64,000 nt of DNA from Dehalococcoidia bacterium (lineage in GTDB: Bacteria > Chloroflexota > Dehalococcoidia > Dehalococcoidales > RBG-16-60-22): positions 954,133 to 1,018,132 of the forward strand of contig JBGLNK010000001.1 of assembly GCA_041300405.1 (NCBI GenBank). Reading direction: 5' to 3'. Below are positions 50,608-60,847 of the stretch, piece after piece (position 1 is the stretch's first letter; each line of letters opens with the position of its first letter). The translations under genes were made by a program, and so were the position numbers. The notes beneath the pieces were generated by a model. The model was not told the DNA's origin. It saw only the letters and a list, made by a program, of their open reading frames with translations, and made no database searches.

Positions 50608-51000
50608 ATGAAAGTCCTTTCCCGGATAACGGACTGGGTAACAACGCCGTATACCATCTATCTCCTTCTGAAAGACCCGGAAATCCCGCGTTCAGACAAA
50701 ATCCGTGCAGTCATCGGGCTGGTAGTTATCTTTGCTTATATCATCAGCCCTATCGACGCTGTCCCGGATGTCATCCCGCTATCCGGCTGGCTGGATGACC
50801 TCATTGTCGTGCCGCTCGGATTCGCTTTAGTGAGGTTATTGACACCGGGAATAAACATTGAGGAGAAGAAAAGCCGGGCGAAAAAGGGTATAAAACGCCT
50901 TCTTTTCTGGGCAATTTTTTCTCTAGTTGTTATGGCTCTCCTGATATTGGCCTGGCTCGGTCTGCTGATTTATATCATCGTAAAACTGATAACAGGCTGA
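50608..51000 (+). CDS. YkvA/DUF1232-family membrane protein
   Basis: YIISPIDAVPDVIPLSGWLDDL. Confidence 0.9.
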   Translation: MKVLSRITDWVTTPYTIYLLLKDPEIPRSDKIRAVIGLVVIFAYIISPIDAVPDVIPLSGWLDDLIVVPLGFALVRLLTPGINIEEKKSRAKKGIKRLLFWAIFSLVVMALLILAWLGLLIYIIVKLITG

Positions 51001-51023
51001 TAACAAGATAAACTTCCCGGCTT

Positions 51024-52961
51024 CTATCTTTTTATCACGTCAGGTAGGCTGTTAGATACAGCTACGGTATCTTTCCCCGTAAATGTCTGGCCGTTCGCCG
51101 TGAAGGCAATATTAAAGGTAATATCTCCCTGTACCAGCTTGTTACCTGTCAGGTAATTTATCACGCTTTGCAAATCAAACTTGACCGCTAACTCGTAAAC
51201 ATTGTTCCGGTCATGGTCAACGAGCGTACCGGTCTTTTCTGCGGGACTAATTTTACCGAACAATAATATCGAACTTATATCGATGTCTTTGGGATTAAGG
51301 CCCGAAGGTAATTCTATATAGGCGGTAAGCGTTTTTTCAATTATCGTAGAACCAAGACTGAGTTTATCCGGCTCGATATCGACCTTTGCTTCATTGATTG
51401 GACGTATCGCTTTGTTCCTATCGAATATACCGGACGTGCTTTCCATTTCAAAAGCGCCGTCCCCCTCCGAGTCTATCTCCAGCTTTGTAATTGTATCGGT
51501 AGCGGAGCGGCTGATTATCCCCGGAACCGGCGGAGCGGCGGCGGCTTTTATTTCCGGAGGCTTAATCCTGGCCTGCGCTACCATCGTCCGCGTTACCGGC
51601 ACATTTTTATACTCCAGGAACCGGGACATTTTATTGATACTGTCCGGCATCTGGGCTTTTAAATCCATTATGCCTGCTGCAGTTCCCCTGGCAACCACCC
51701 TGTACTCTCCCGTTTCATCCGCGTCTGGTATTAGTATTGTCTTATAGTCTGTTCCTTCCGGGGTAATATAAATCGCTCCGGGTATTTGGTTTTCAATCAT
51801 GCCGTTTGCGTCAAGGCCGACATGCCTTCCCCGGGAATCGTAAATATGCAGGTCGGCGGGGCTGAAGATACTGAAAATAGCCATTTTAGCCCAATCACCC
51901 GGCAGGTTCAGGAAGGTTTTCCAGAACGGATCGGGGTACTCGGAAAGCGCTTTAGCCCATTTGCCCGGATTGGTCCATTTATCCATGTCTCCACCAACGC
52001 CGCTCCAAGGAGGGCCGGCCGGGCCGCTTTGCAGGAACTGTAAATTTAACACCGAGATTGCAAACCCTGTTTTTTCTCCCCAGTTGCCCTTGAATTGCAG
52101 CCATTCCAGGCCTTTTTCTACCGTTTCAGTTTCAGAAAGAAGAACGAATTCAAGCTCAACGGGTTCAATTATCTTCCAGGTAGATATTCCTGTGTTATCA
52201 AAGTCCAGCACCGACCATGACTGTCCGGGTGTAAAATAACTGGCGTGAGAGCCCTGCGCAACGTAGACGGACGGGTGGGTACCTTTCAGCAGACCTTTTT
52301 CCTGCATAGCGTTCCATGTCATCTTTTGTCCGCTCTGGTGCTGCGCCAGTGCCATAAATTCCGGCGTTTCTCCGCCGGCAAGTATTTCCTTGACTGTGCG
52401 CCCGCGGAAATTAAGCTGCGCCATTTCCCAGTCACCCTCGTGAACATTGCGCCAGTCATTAAAGTAATAAAAAATCCAGTATTGAACAATGGTGTAACCG
52501 GAGGCATCCGCTTCTTTAACGCGTATGTATATAGTAGGCTTGTAGCTCGCTTTCACCGAGTCATAAACGGCTTTATATTCCGCGAGGGAGTTGGCTTTTG
52601 GATTTAAATCGGGGACATCAATGTAATACTTGCTTTGTGTATAATTCAACATGGCATTGGTGGTAGCTTTTTGCGAGAAACCCGCGTTTTCCGGGTCCCG
52701 CACTACAGCAACATCGAACATGAGCTGGACTGAAACAGGCTGATAGCTTTCGATTGATTCAGCATCATCACTAAAATAGAATACCGGGCAGAATTTTTTT
52801 GCCAGCTGGATAGCGGATTCGGTATCTACTTTGGATGTTGTAGTCGGGGGCGTGGTCGCTTGCGGGGTTTCCGTCTCACCGGAAAAAAGCGAGCATCCCG
52901 CAAGTAACACCAGCAGTAACAGGGCACAACAAAGAGCGATTCTCACGCCAGTATTATACAT
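51024..52961 (-). CDS. lipoprotein with Vps62-related domain and C-terminal beta domains
   Basis: Lipobox LAGC; PVFYF, QYWIFYYFND..HEGDWE, HPSVYVAQGSHASY. Confidence 0.7.
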   Translation of the reverse strand: MYNTGVRIALCCALLLLVLLAGCSLFSGETETPQATTPPTTTSKVDTESAIQLAKKFCPVFYFSDDAESIESYQPVSVQLMFDVAVVRDPENAGFSQKATTNAMLNYTQSKYYIDVPDLNPKANSLAEYKAVYDSVKASYKPTIYIRVKEADASGYTIVQYWIFYYFNDWRNVHEGDWEMAQLNFRGRTVKEILAGGETPEFMALAQHQSGQKMTWNAMQEKGLLKGTHPSVYVAQGSHASYFTPGQSWSVLDFDNTGISTWKIIEPVELEFVLLSETETVEKGLEWLQFKGNWGEKTGFAISVLNLQFLQSGPAGPPWSGVGGDMDKWTNPGKWAKALSEYPDPFWKTFLNLPGDWAKMAIFSIFSPADLHIYDSRGRHVGLDANGMIENQIPGAIYITPEGTDYKTILIPDADETGEYRVVARGTAAGIMDLKAQMPDSINKMSRFLEYKNVPVTRTMVAQARIKPPEIKAAAAPPVPGIISRSATDTITKLEIDSEGDGAFEMESTSGIFDRNKAIRPINEAKVDIEPDKLSLGSTIIEKTLTAYIELPSGLNPKDIDISSILLFGKISPAEKTGTLVDHDRNNVYELAVKFDLQSVINYLTGNKLVQGDITFNIAFTANGQTFTGKDTVAVSNSLPDVIKR

Positions 52962-53047
52962 CTAAAAATCAAATCGTCCAACAGCGGAGTGTTATTTGAC
53001 TGCCGGGAAGGGAATAGGAGGGGAGTTCTGAAGTGTATAAAAACGTT

Positions 53048-53422
53048 TTAGTGGAACGAAAAATACAGGTCCAGAAGAATATTCAGCGTCCGTATATCGT
53101 TAACCAGCGCTGCGGATTCTTTTTTCAAGGTGAGGTTTTTTTCCAGTTCGTCGCCCAATGCGGAAATCATCTTGCGTAATTCATCGGTACCGCCCCTGGT
53201 TTTCATGAGCGTTACCTGCCGGATGATATCCGGTTTGGCCACACTCTTAAGCTGCTGCAGGGCCATGTTGATATTTAGTTCCTGCAGCCCGTGGAGGACG
53301 CCGCGCACTTTCTTCCCCTGTTCTGCACGCTGTTTCTCCTTGGCCTCATTATCAGCCTTCTGTTGCGTGAACTGCCGGGAAAGGCGCATTAACTCATCTA
53401 TGCCGCTTTCTTCTTTGGCCAT
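53048..53422 (-). CDS. hypothetical helical protein
   Basis: Likely start MAKEESG at 53422; coiled-coil-like composition. Confidence 0.7.
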   Translation of the reverse strand: MAKEESGIDELMRLSRQFTQQKADNEAKEKQRAEQGKKVRGVLHGLQELNINMALQQLKSVAKPDIIRQVTLMKTRGGTDELRKMISALGDELEKNLTLKKESAALVNDIRTLNILLDLYFSFH

Positions 53423-53918
53423 ATCTATCTCTGCATCACGTTTATTTGATAAATCAGTTGTTCTTATAAGTATACACCAAATATGAAAGATACAAAAAAA
53501 TTTTGTAGGTTGTATCACTTTTAATTAATAATTTTCAGGTAGAATGTTGATTGAACATCAATAGCTGATGCGTTGAAAAAACAGGAGTATACTACTTGAA
53601 ATGCAATCGGAGATTATGCTAAGGTATCTCAATTGATCACGCATGTATTTCAAGGAAAATAGAAAAAAAGTGATAGATGACAGAGAAAATCGGTCGGCCT
53701 GTCAAATATATCCGTCATTCCAATAATGTTCTCTACCTTCTCCCGAAATGTTACTGTCTTATCCTGACAGCGATGCTGACCGCGATTGCCAAACTTGTTT
53801 CGTTGCCGTGGAATGCCGGGAGAAAAGACCTTCTTATTTACACGATTCCTGATAAAAAGCGAATATTGTATCAATCGGGCTACCTTGCTATAATTACTGG
53901 ACGATAGGAATTATTATT

Positions 53919-54344
53919 ATGATATGTCCCGTTTGCAACCAGGATATGATTGTGGTGGAGTTCAGGCAGATAGAAATCGACTACTGCATGAAGTGTTCCG
54001 GTATCTGGTTCGACAGGGGTGAACTGGAGCTTTTACTGGGGACCGCCGGGGGGAATTCAGGCCTGCCGACACTGGAAGGAAGCTCCAGGGAAAACAGGTC
54101 GCACGGCGAGCGTAAATGCCCCATCTGCCGGAAAAAGATGCAGGAGACACCGCTGGGAGAGCCGCAGGTACACGTAGACTTATGCCAGCAGGGCGACGGC
54201 TTATGGTTTGACGGCGGTGAGTTACAGCAGCTGCTCAAACAGGCCGCAGTGGATTCACAGGCTGATAAGGGTGTAATGAAACAGATTACTGCTTTTCTGG
54301 GAGAAGCATTTAAAACCGGGCAGCCGGATAATTCAGGAGCTTAA
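53919..54344 (+). CDS. double zf-TFIIB-like zinc-ribbon protein
   Basis: [21 protein letters not shown] and [17 protein letters not shown]. Confidence 0.88.
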   Translation: MICPVCNQDMIVVEFRQIEIDYCMKCSGIWFDRGELELLLGTAGGNSGLPTLEGSSRENRSHGERKCPICRKKMQETPLGEPQVHVDLCQQGDGLWFDGGELQQLLKQAAVDSQADKGVMKQITAFLGEAFKTGQPDNSGA

Positions 54345-54355
54345 GGAGGGAATCT

Positions 54356-54738
54356 ATGTGGGTTTTATGGGTTGTTATCGCAATCGTGGTTATTCTCCTC
54401 TTTGTATTATGGGGGACGTACAACGGCCTGGTAAGGCTCCGCAACCAGGTTAAAAATGCCTGGGCGCAGATTGACGTACAGCTCAAGCGGCGTTATGACC
54501 TTATCCCCAACCTCGTCGAGACGGTAAAAGGATATGCCAAGCATGAGCGCGAGACGCTGGAAGCGGTGGTTAAAGCGCGCAATGTCGCCCAGCAGGGGGC
54601 ATCACAGGGGGCGGGTGAACGCGGCAAGCTGGAAGGCGAACTTAGCTCGGCGCTGGCGAGGCTGCTCGTAGTCGTCGAACGCTATCCCGATCTCAAGGCG
54701 AACCAGAACTTCCTGGCTTTGCAGGAAGAACTGTCATC
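54356..54738 (+). CDS. lemA: LemA-family protein, truncated
   Basis: [47 protein letters not shown]; expected ENKIAFARQ continuation absent. Confidence 0.9.
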
Positions 54739-54882
54739 GGGCTGAACGAGGCCTACCGGGAAACGGACATGATACCTGCGGTCTTTCTTTTCATCGTATT
54801 CATGTCCGTCCTTATCGTCAGTACGCTGGCGCAATGCCTGGGCATCATCATCGGCTATTGGAGAATGGATAGAAATGCCTAA
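54733..54882 (+). CDS. membrane protein, C-terminal fragment
   Basis: [48 protein letters not shown]; stop overlaps HTH start. Confidence 0.55.
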   Translation, partial: VIGLNEAYRETDMIPAVFLFIVFMSVLIVSTLAQCLGIIIGYWRMDRNA

Positions 54883-55081
54883 GATAAACAACCGTATCCG
54901 CCGTTTGCGCTTCGACCATGGTGAAATGACGCAGGAAGACCTGGCCGCACGGGCGGGATGCACCCGGCAGACCATCATCGCGCTGGAGCAAGGAAAGTAC
55001 GTCCCGTCCATCGAGCTGGCTTTTAAAATCGCGCGGGTCTTCGGTGTAACGCTGGAAGATGTCTTTCAATATGAGGGATAA
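54875..55081 (+). CDS. XRE-family HTH regulator
   Basis: MTQEDLA..GCTRQTIIALEQGKYVPSIELAFKIARVF. Confidence 0.93.
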   Translation: MPKINNRIRRLRFDHGEMTQEDLAARAGCTRQTIIALEQGKYVPSIELAFKIARVFGVTLEDVFQYEG

Positions 55082-55092
55082 GGAGTTAAAAC

Positions 55093-55482
55093 ATGAGCTA
55101 TAAAACATTCAGAACGATACAGGCATTTACCGGGATGGCTCTGGGCGGTATCATGGGCGCGTCTATAAGCCAGGGTAACTGGATAGTACCCGTGATTGCG
55201 GTTATTATAAGCATATTGATAATAACCATTTTAAGGAGAAAGGTTAAAGAAATAGTCACCGATGAAAGAACTTATGATATCGCTGGAAAAGCCTCACTTC
55301 TTACATTGCAAATCGTTGCCGTCGGCATGGCACTGGCAGGCGCTATATTGCTAGCTATAAGCCGTGATAGTTCTTCCACTATGGGACAGATAGCAATTAC
55401 GTTATGTTATGCAACCTGCGCCTTGCTGGTTATAAATGCGCTGACTTATACTTATTATAATCGTAAATACGGCGGAGAATAA
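55093..55482 (+). CDS. DUF2178-like membrane protein
   Basis: 4 TM helices, VTDERT..IAGKAS; usual neighbour of XRE genes. Confidence 0.75.
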   Translation: MSYKTFRTIQAFTGMALGGIMGASISQGNWIVPVIAVIISILIITILRRKVKEIVTDERTYDIAGKASLLTLQIVAVGMALAGAILLAISRDSSSTMGQIAITLCYATCALLVINALTYTYYNRKYGGE

Positions 55483-56012
55483 TGAAAAACGTTCTAATCC
55501 ATATCTGCTGCGCCCACTGCGCCGCTTATACCGTTGAGCACTGGCGGAAAGAAGGGTATGAAACAGGCGGATTCTGGTACAATCCAAATATCCATCCTTT
55601 CACCGAGCATAACAGCCGGCTGTCCGGCGTTAAAGCCCTGGCGGAGAAGCTGGATTTCCCATTGATAATCGACCCTGCATATGATATGCCGGAATATTTC
55701 CGGCGCGTCGCCGGTCATGAGGCAGAGCGCTGCCGTCACTGCTTCGACCTGCGCCTGCTGAAAACAGCGAGAGCCGCCCGCGCCAACGGCTATGACGCTT
55801 TCACCACCACTCTGCTCATCAGCCCACACCAACAGCATGAAAACATTAAAGAGATCGGCAGCAAAATCGCCGCGGAAACCGGTGTGGCCTTTCTTTACGC
55901 CGACCTGCGGAAGCGGTATTCGGAAAGCCGCCACATTACCAAGCCGATGGATTTATACCGCCAGCAGTACTGCGGCTGCATCTACAGCGAATGGGAACGG
56001 TACCGCGAATAG
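55482..56012 (+). CDS. queH: epoxyqueuosine reductase QueH
   Basis: HICCAHC, YNPNIHP, RCRHCFDLRL, TTLLISPHQ, YRQQYCGCIYS. Confidence 0.92.
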   Translation: MKNVLIHICCAHCAAYTVEHWRKEGYETGGFWYNPNIHPFTEHNSRLSGVKALAEKLDFPLIIDPAYDMPEYFRRVAGHEAERCRHCFDLRLLKTARAARANGYDAFTTTLLISPHQQHENIKEIGSKIAAETGVAFLYADLRKRYSESRHITKPMDLYRQQYCGCIYSEWERYRE

Positions 56013-56058
56013 ACGCTTCCCGTTCCCATTCGAGACAGGTGAATCTTGTAGTTTTCTT

Positions 56059-56782
56059 TTACTTTATGTCATACCCGAGGCTGACCGTGGCTGATATTTC
56101 CAGCTGGCCGACACTGATGTTGGAAGGTGTATCCACCGCGGGAGCGGGCATAGCATCCCCGGCTACCGCGTAGTTGCGGTAGGCGATGCCGTAATTATTA
56201 GTAGCGCTGCTCTCGGTCATGTATAACACGTCACCGAGTTTGACACCTGCCTTGTCGGCAAGCTGTTTGGCTTTGGCGACAGCGTAGTCGAAAGCTTTCT
56301 CGCGGGCTTGTTCGTAATACGGCTGCGGGTCATCGACGGTAAAGCTGATACCATTGACCCTGGTCAGGTCGCCGCCGGCTTCTACCACTTTATCGATAAC
56401 GTCGCCTGCCTTTTCCACTTTCCGCATCTTGACCACCACGGTATTGGTTACGCGATAGCCGGTGACTTCTTCCTTGTCACCATTCCAGCGGGTACTCTGA
56501 TATATATTGAAGTTCTGCGTCTGGATGTCTTTATCTTCAACATCTTGTGCCTTGATTGCGGCAATGACGGCTGCCATAGCGACGGCTGCTTTCTCACGGG
56601 CTACAACTACGCTGGTTTCCTGTGACTGTATACCAAGGGTCAGGATAGCTACATCAGGGATGGCATAGATTTGTAAGCTCCAGGCTGCCCCCGGAGACCG
56701 CCCCCGATGAACAGCCTACCAACCCCACCACCAACATAAGCGAGATTAATACCATACCGATTACCAGAATTTTACGTGCCAT
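56059..56782 (-). pseudogene. SIMPL/DUF541 lipoprotein with internal deletion and frameshift at ~56670
   Basis: MARKILV...LVGCSSG..GSLELTN (ATG 56782) joins out of frame to IYAIPDVAILTLGIQ; the paralogue at 57428 has NSQQEGIWVNGEGK here. Confidence 0.8.
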
Positions 56783-56869
56783 GAATTATCCTCCTTTTCC
56801 TTTCAACCTGCTAAATTTGATACTTAACTATTACCGCCTGTGTTAATAAGACCTGTCTCTATATATCTA

Positions 56870-56895
56870 TACGGTAAAATGGACTCTATATTACA
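56870..56895 (-). promoter_or_regulatory. possible ECF-sigma promoter upstream of SIMPL gene
   Basis: TGTAAT-N16-CGTA on minus strand; a looser GCTAAC-N17-CGTT precedes the second SIMPL gene. Confidence 0.3.
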
Positions 56896-56897
56896 AA

Positions 56898-56927
56898 AAG
56901 AGCCCCGAAGATTTTTCGGGGCTCTTT
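56898..56927 (-). terminator. intrinsic terminator after I42 gene
   Basis: AAAGAGCCCCGAA / TTCGGGGCTCTTT stem with T-run on minus strand. Confidence 0.75.
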
Positions 56928-56954
56928 ACGTTTCCAGGCTGCCCTATCGGCTGT

Positions 56955-57389
56955 TTACCTTATTTTAACTGCGATATTCATGGTCCACTCGTTTTTAATA
57001 CCGCCTTCCCATGGTTGCGAGTATGCCAGGGATATGATGCTGTCACCTCTCGCAAGTGGTTTGAAAATCAATATTTCCTGTCCGTAAGCACCCAATTTTG
57101 AGCTTTCAGGTAAAATGTACTCATTATCTCCGGTCTTTTCCAGTATTGACGGATCGGAAATGCCGACCAGTTGCCATTTGAAACCGGTAGAGGCGTTTGA
57201 AGGTAAAGTTATAGATATTGTATCACGGCGTGTCGCGATAACCGTACGGGTTAGAGCTTTCTGCTGCGCAAATTCATCATAGGTTGCTGTAACCGGCACT
57301 TCTTTGCCCGCTGTTCCGCATCCTGATATTGAAAGAGCCATAATTGCTGCCACAACCGAAAATACTATCTTTACCTTCATCCCGTTCAT
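56955..57389 (-). CDS. protease inhibitor I42 (chagasin-like) lipoprotein
   Basis: Lipobox ISGC; LPSNASTGFKW, YSQPWE. Confidence 0.85.
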   Translation of the reverse strand: MNGMKVKIVFSVVAAIMALSISGCGTAGKEVPVTATYDEFAQQKALTRTVIATRRDTISITLPSNASTGFKWQLVGISDPSILEKTGDNEYILPESSKLGAYGQEILIFKPLARGDSIISLAYSQPWEGGIKNEWTMNIAVKIR

Positions 57390-57427
57390 CTACCTCCGGA
57401 TTATTTTTTACCCTGGCTTCAAGCAGT

Positions 57428-58192
57428 CTAGTTTATTTCGTAAGATATCTGAACGTTTGCGGTAACTTCCAGTTCGCCGGCGCTGATGGATGTGGTGGTT
57501 TCGCCGGAAGAGGCTTCAGCTTTCAACGCCGAGTCACGATAGATCGTGCTGGGCACGTAAGAGCTTTCGGTGATATAGATGGGTTTGCCGAGTTTCACAC
57601 CGGCTGCTTCCGCCAGTTGTTTCGCTTTGGCGGCGGCATCGGCAACGGCTTTCTGTCTTGCCTGCTCCTGGAATTTCGCCGGGTCATCGATGGTAAAGCT
57701 GATGCTGTTAATGCGCGTCAGGTCGCCGCCGGCGGCAGCTACGGCATCGATTACGGTGCCGGCCTTTCCGGTATCCCTTATTTTCGCGCTCACCATGTTG
57801 CTCACGCGGTAGCCGGTGACGATTTCTTGATTCGCGCTGTTATCCCACCGGGTGACCTTATAGATGTTGAAAGATGTTGTCTGGATATCTTTCTCCGCCA
57901 CGCCGTTGCTCTTCAAGGCTGCCACTACTTTATCCATGGCTTCCGAAGCCTGCGACTGCGCCTCGGCGACGCTGACGGCCTGCGCTTCTACACCTACTGA
58001 CAGAATAGCGACATCGGGCACGGCGGTTACTTTACCTTCACCGTTGACCCAGATTCCTTCCTGCTGGCTGTTCAAGCTCCCCTTGAGTTCCAGGCTGCCT
58101 CCAGACAACTCGGTGCCACATCCGGCCAGCCCTATCGCCGCCACCAGTAATACAGCGATAGCGCCGATTGTGATTAACCATTTCTTGTTCAT
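57428..58192 (-). CDS. SIMPL/DUF541 lipoprotein
   Basis: LAGC lipobox; VNGEGKV..PD.A, DIQT..FNI, AVADA..KA..LA. Confidence 0.92.
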   Translation of the reverse strand: MNKKWLITIGAIAVLLVAAIGLAGCGTELSGGSLELKGSLNSQQEGIWVNGEGKVTAVPDVAILSVGVEAQAVSVAEAQSQASEAMDKVVAALKSNGVAEKDIQTTSFNIYKVTRWDNSANQEIVTGYRVSNMVSAKIRDTGKAGTVIDAVAAAGGDLTRINSISFTIDDPAKFQEQARQKAVADAAAKAKQLAEAAGVKLGKPIYITESSYVPSTIYRDSALKAEASSGETTTSISAGELEVTANVQISYEIN

Positions 58193-58284
58193 TGACTGTC
58201 CTCCTTTGTGGTTGTCACTATATATAACGAAAGAAGCCGCTGCAAGGTTAGCAGCGGCTTCAATATTTATTCTATAAAATCCTG

Positions 58285-59328
58285 TTATTTGTTTCTTCTT
58301 GCGGGATTATTCAGAGCTGCGTCATAACCTTTCTCAGCAACCTCTATCGCTCTTTCCAGAGCCGACTTGACCGAGTCCGGAGCCCGCCGGAGTACTTCTT
58401 GTAAATCCTGCGTATTTTTTTCAGCCCGCCTGAAGACCGTAGTTTTCAGAAACGCTTTATCGTCATTCTCAGCTTTGTTATTGAATTTTGTGCCATCTGC
58501 CTGCTTATTCCAAAACGTATTGCTTTCCGCCGCTTTTGAATTTGTCCAGGTTGAGTCACTTTTTTTATCAGGGATCATCAGCCTGGTTTCATTAGAAGTC
58601 AGCGCTTTTTCAAAACCAGCCACAGGAACAGACGGCGCGGCAGCAGGCTGCGGAACGATTTCTTGTTCAGGCTGCGCGGCGGAAACAGGAACATCCCCGG
58701 CTGCGGATGCAGACAATATTGCCGTGGAAGCGCTATCTTCAGCGGCAGCAATATTTTTCCCCGGTTGTATCAGCGATGCGATAGCTTTCAGGTTGGTGTT
58801 CATGCGTTCCGTGACCTGTTCTACATTTTTAACATCGCCTTTATCCGCCATCTTGACTATTTCTTCTACACGAGCATCGGTAAACTCGACATACAATTGC
58901 GCTTTACCCAATGTCGAAGGCGTCAAGGCCAGACGCACTTCCTCGGTGAATAATTTTACACTATAGAGAGATTCATCCGGCTGGCTGCCGGTGGACGCGG
59001 CTATCGTGCCGCTTCCGGCTACCAATACGGCTGCCAAGACAGAAACTACGGATATCCATCGTAATTGCCACTTGATCAGGCCGCCCTTTTTCGGCTTCAT
59101 ATCGCGGACGGCTGTCTGGAATTCGTAGGCAGCTCTCTGCCGGAACTCCGGGCGCGGTAAAATACCGGCCGCTTTATGGGTATCTGCGGCCGTGCGCAGC
59201 AGGGGCTCAAGCTCGGCGGCATGCTCCGGGAAAGCAGCCAGACATCCCTCGACGGATTCCCCTTTTAATACCCGCTCGATGCACTCGTTTAAAATTTCAT
59301 CAAATTCTTTCATATTATTCTTTTTCAT
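58285..59328 (-). CDS. DUF5667 anti-sigma-like membrane protein
   Basis: LNECIE..L..FPEHAAELEPLL; TM; SQPDESLYSVKLFTEEV; overlaps sigma stop. Confidence 0.75.
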   Translation of the reverse strand: MKKNNMKEFDEILNECIERVLKGESVEGCLAAFPEHAAELEPLLRTAADTHKAAGILPRPEFRQRAAYEFQTAVRDMKPKKGGLIKWQLRWISVVSVLAAVLVAGSGTIAASTGSQPDESLYSVKLFTEEVRLALTPSTLGKAQLYVEFTDARVEEIVKMADKGDVKNVEQVTERMNTNLKAIASLIQPGKNIAAAEDSASTAILSASAAGDVPVSAAQPEQEIVPQPAAAPSVPVAGFEKALTSNETRLMIPDKKSDSTWTNSKAAESNTFWNKQADGTKFNNKAENDDKAFLKTTVFRRAEKNTQDLQEVLRRAPDSVKSALERAIEVAEKGYDAALNNPARRNK

Positions 59329-59867
59329 GCCGCATCTCCCTTCCCAAGGGCTTTGCGCAACGCCGCGATGGCGCTGTGCTGCAAGGCCTTTACCGCCCCT
59401 TCACTTCTACCCATGGCTTGAGCGACTTCCGCTATCGATAACTCTCCGCCGAACCGCAGCGATATCACTTCCTGCTGCGCCGCGGTTAGTTCTTTTGATG
59501 CCGCGACAACTTCTTCGATTTCAATTTTCTGCTCGGCGGTATGTTTCGGGTCATCTTCGTTGGCCGGCAATGTTTCATCCAGCGGCACCAAAATCCGCCG
59601 CGACTTTTTTCTCAGGTGGTCGACAACCTGGTTATGGGCGATGCGGTACAGCCACGAGGAAAAAGGCATCCCCTGACTTTTATAGGAAGAAATAGACTGA
59701 ATGGCATTGAGAAAGACCTGTTGTGTCATGTCTTCCGCCTCTGTCCTGTCTCCTATTTTAATTACTATATACCGGTATATCCGGTCGAAGTTTTCCTCGT
59801 ATAGCTGCGTCAAAGCCACCTGGTCATGCTGCTGCGCCCGCTTGACGAGGCTTTCCTCATTTTGCAC
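59325..59867 (-). CDS. ECF sigma-70 factor
   Basis: AEDMTQQVF, FSSWLYRIAHN, QQEVISLRF..SIAEVA..RSEGAVK. Confidence 0.95.
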   Translation of the reverse strand: MQNEESLVKRAQQHDQVALTQLYEENFDRIYRYIVIKIGDRTEAEDMTQQVFLNAIQSISSYKSQGMPFSSWLYRIAHNQVVDHLRKKSRRILVPLDETLPANEDDPKHTAEQKIEIEEVVAASKELTAAQQEVISLRFGGELSIAEVAQAMGRSEGAVKALQHSAIAALRKALGKGDAA

Positions 59868-60051
59868 TAGATAATTCCCCTCCAGAGCCGGAATCGCGGC
59901 CAGATTGCTTTGTGCGTCCCGGCCGGTACCAGGGTTTTACCCCGTGCATATAGTATAACGAACCATTTTTGAAAAAGATAGTTTCAACATACAAAATATG
60001 CTACAATGGCAAAAATGAAAGGTACACAAAAAATCTTTTGGAGATAGATTT

Positions 60052-60696
60052 TTGCCCTACTTGATACGCCCTCTGACCAAAGAAGACATCGACCAGGTTA
60101 ACGCCATCGACCGGGAGGCCTTTCCCACGCAGTGGCCGCCGCCTAACTACCGGCAGGAGCTTAATAACCGGATCGCTCACTATATCACCGTCACCGATGA
60201 TACGAGGGTATTAGACCCGCCTCTACCTAAAAAGCCGGGCGGCCTGCGCAAGATACTCTCGCGCTTGCTGCCGGCATTGAACCATGAGCATAATAACCCG
60301 GACCCGCCGCCGCAGCCGTTTATAGCAGGATTTTCCGGCATCTGGATGATGGCGGATGAAGCGCACATTACCAATATCGCCGTGCGGCGCGCGTACCGGG
60401 GTAAAGGACTCGGCGGGCTGCTGCTTATCGCCACTTATGATATGGCGCGAGAACTCAAGGCCAGTTTCCTGACGCTTGAAGTGCGCGCTTCCAATACTGT
60501 AGCACAATGTCTTTATACCCGGTACGGATTCAAACAGACGGGAGTACGGCGCGGTTATTACCTGGATAATAAAGAGGACGCAATAATAATGTCTACCGAC
60601 GGGCTGACGTCTCCCGCTCTCCAGGAACAAATTCAACAACTGCGTGAATCTCTTTCCCGCAAGGTCCCCCCTCCAACAGGCTGGAAACGAGCGTAA
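60052..60696 (+). CDS. rimI: ribosomal-protein-alanine N-acetyltransferase
   Basis: AHITNIAV..YRGKGLG, TLEVRASN..AQ.LY..GF..RRGYY.DNKEDA. Confidence 0.9.
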   Translation: MPYLIRPLTKEDIDQVNAIDREAFPTQWPPPNYRQELNNRIAHYITVTDDTRVLDPPLPKKPGGLRKILSRLLPALNHEHNNPDPPPQPFIAGFSGIWMMADEAHITNIAVRRAYRGKGLGGLLLIATYDMARELKASFLTLEVRASNTVAQCLYTRYGFKQTGVRRGYYLDNKEDAIIMSTDGLTSPALQEQIQQLRESLSRKVPPPTGWKRA

Positions 60697-60847
60697 AACA
60701 GCGTTTACACCGCCCGCGGCGCGTTACTAAAGATATATTTATTATCAACCCTGAACACTGCACCCTTTACCAGCCTGTTATGAACGTGATAAAATTATCT
60801 GTCAAGATAAACACCTGTGGGGGAATTGAGGCAAGGAGGCCAAGACG

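Noticed and set aside
53677-53907. 76-aa ORF upstream of the zinc-ribbon gene
   Set aside because: No recognisable motif or clear RBS; cannot be supported or excluded from sequence alone.
54743-54745. Selenocysteine or readthrough at the LemA TGA
   Set aside because: Sequence after the TGA is not LemA; it belongs to a different membrane-protein fragment in another frame.
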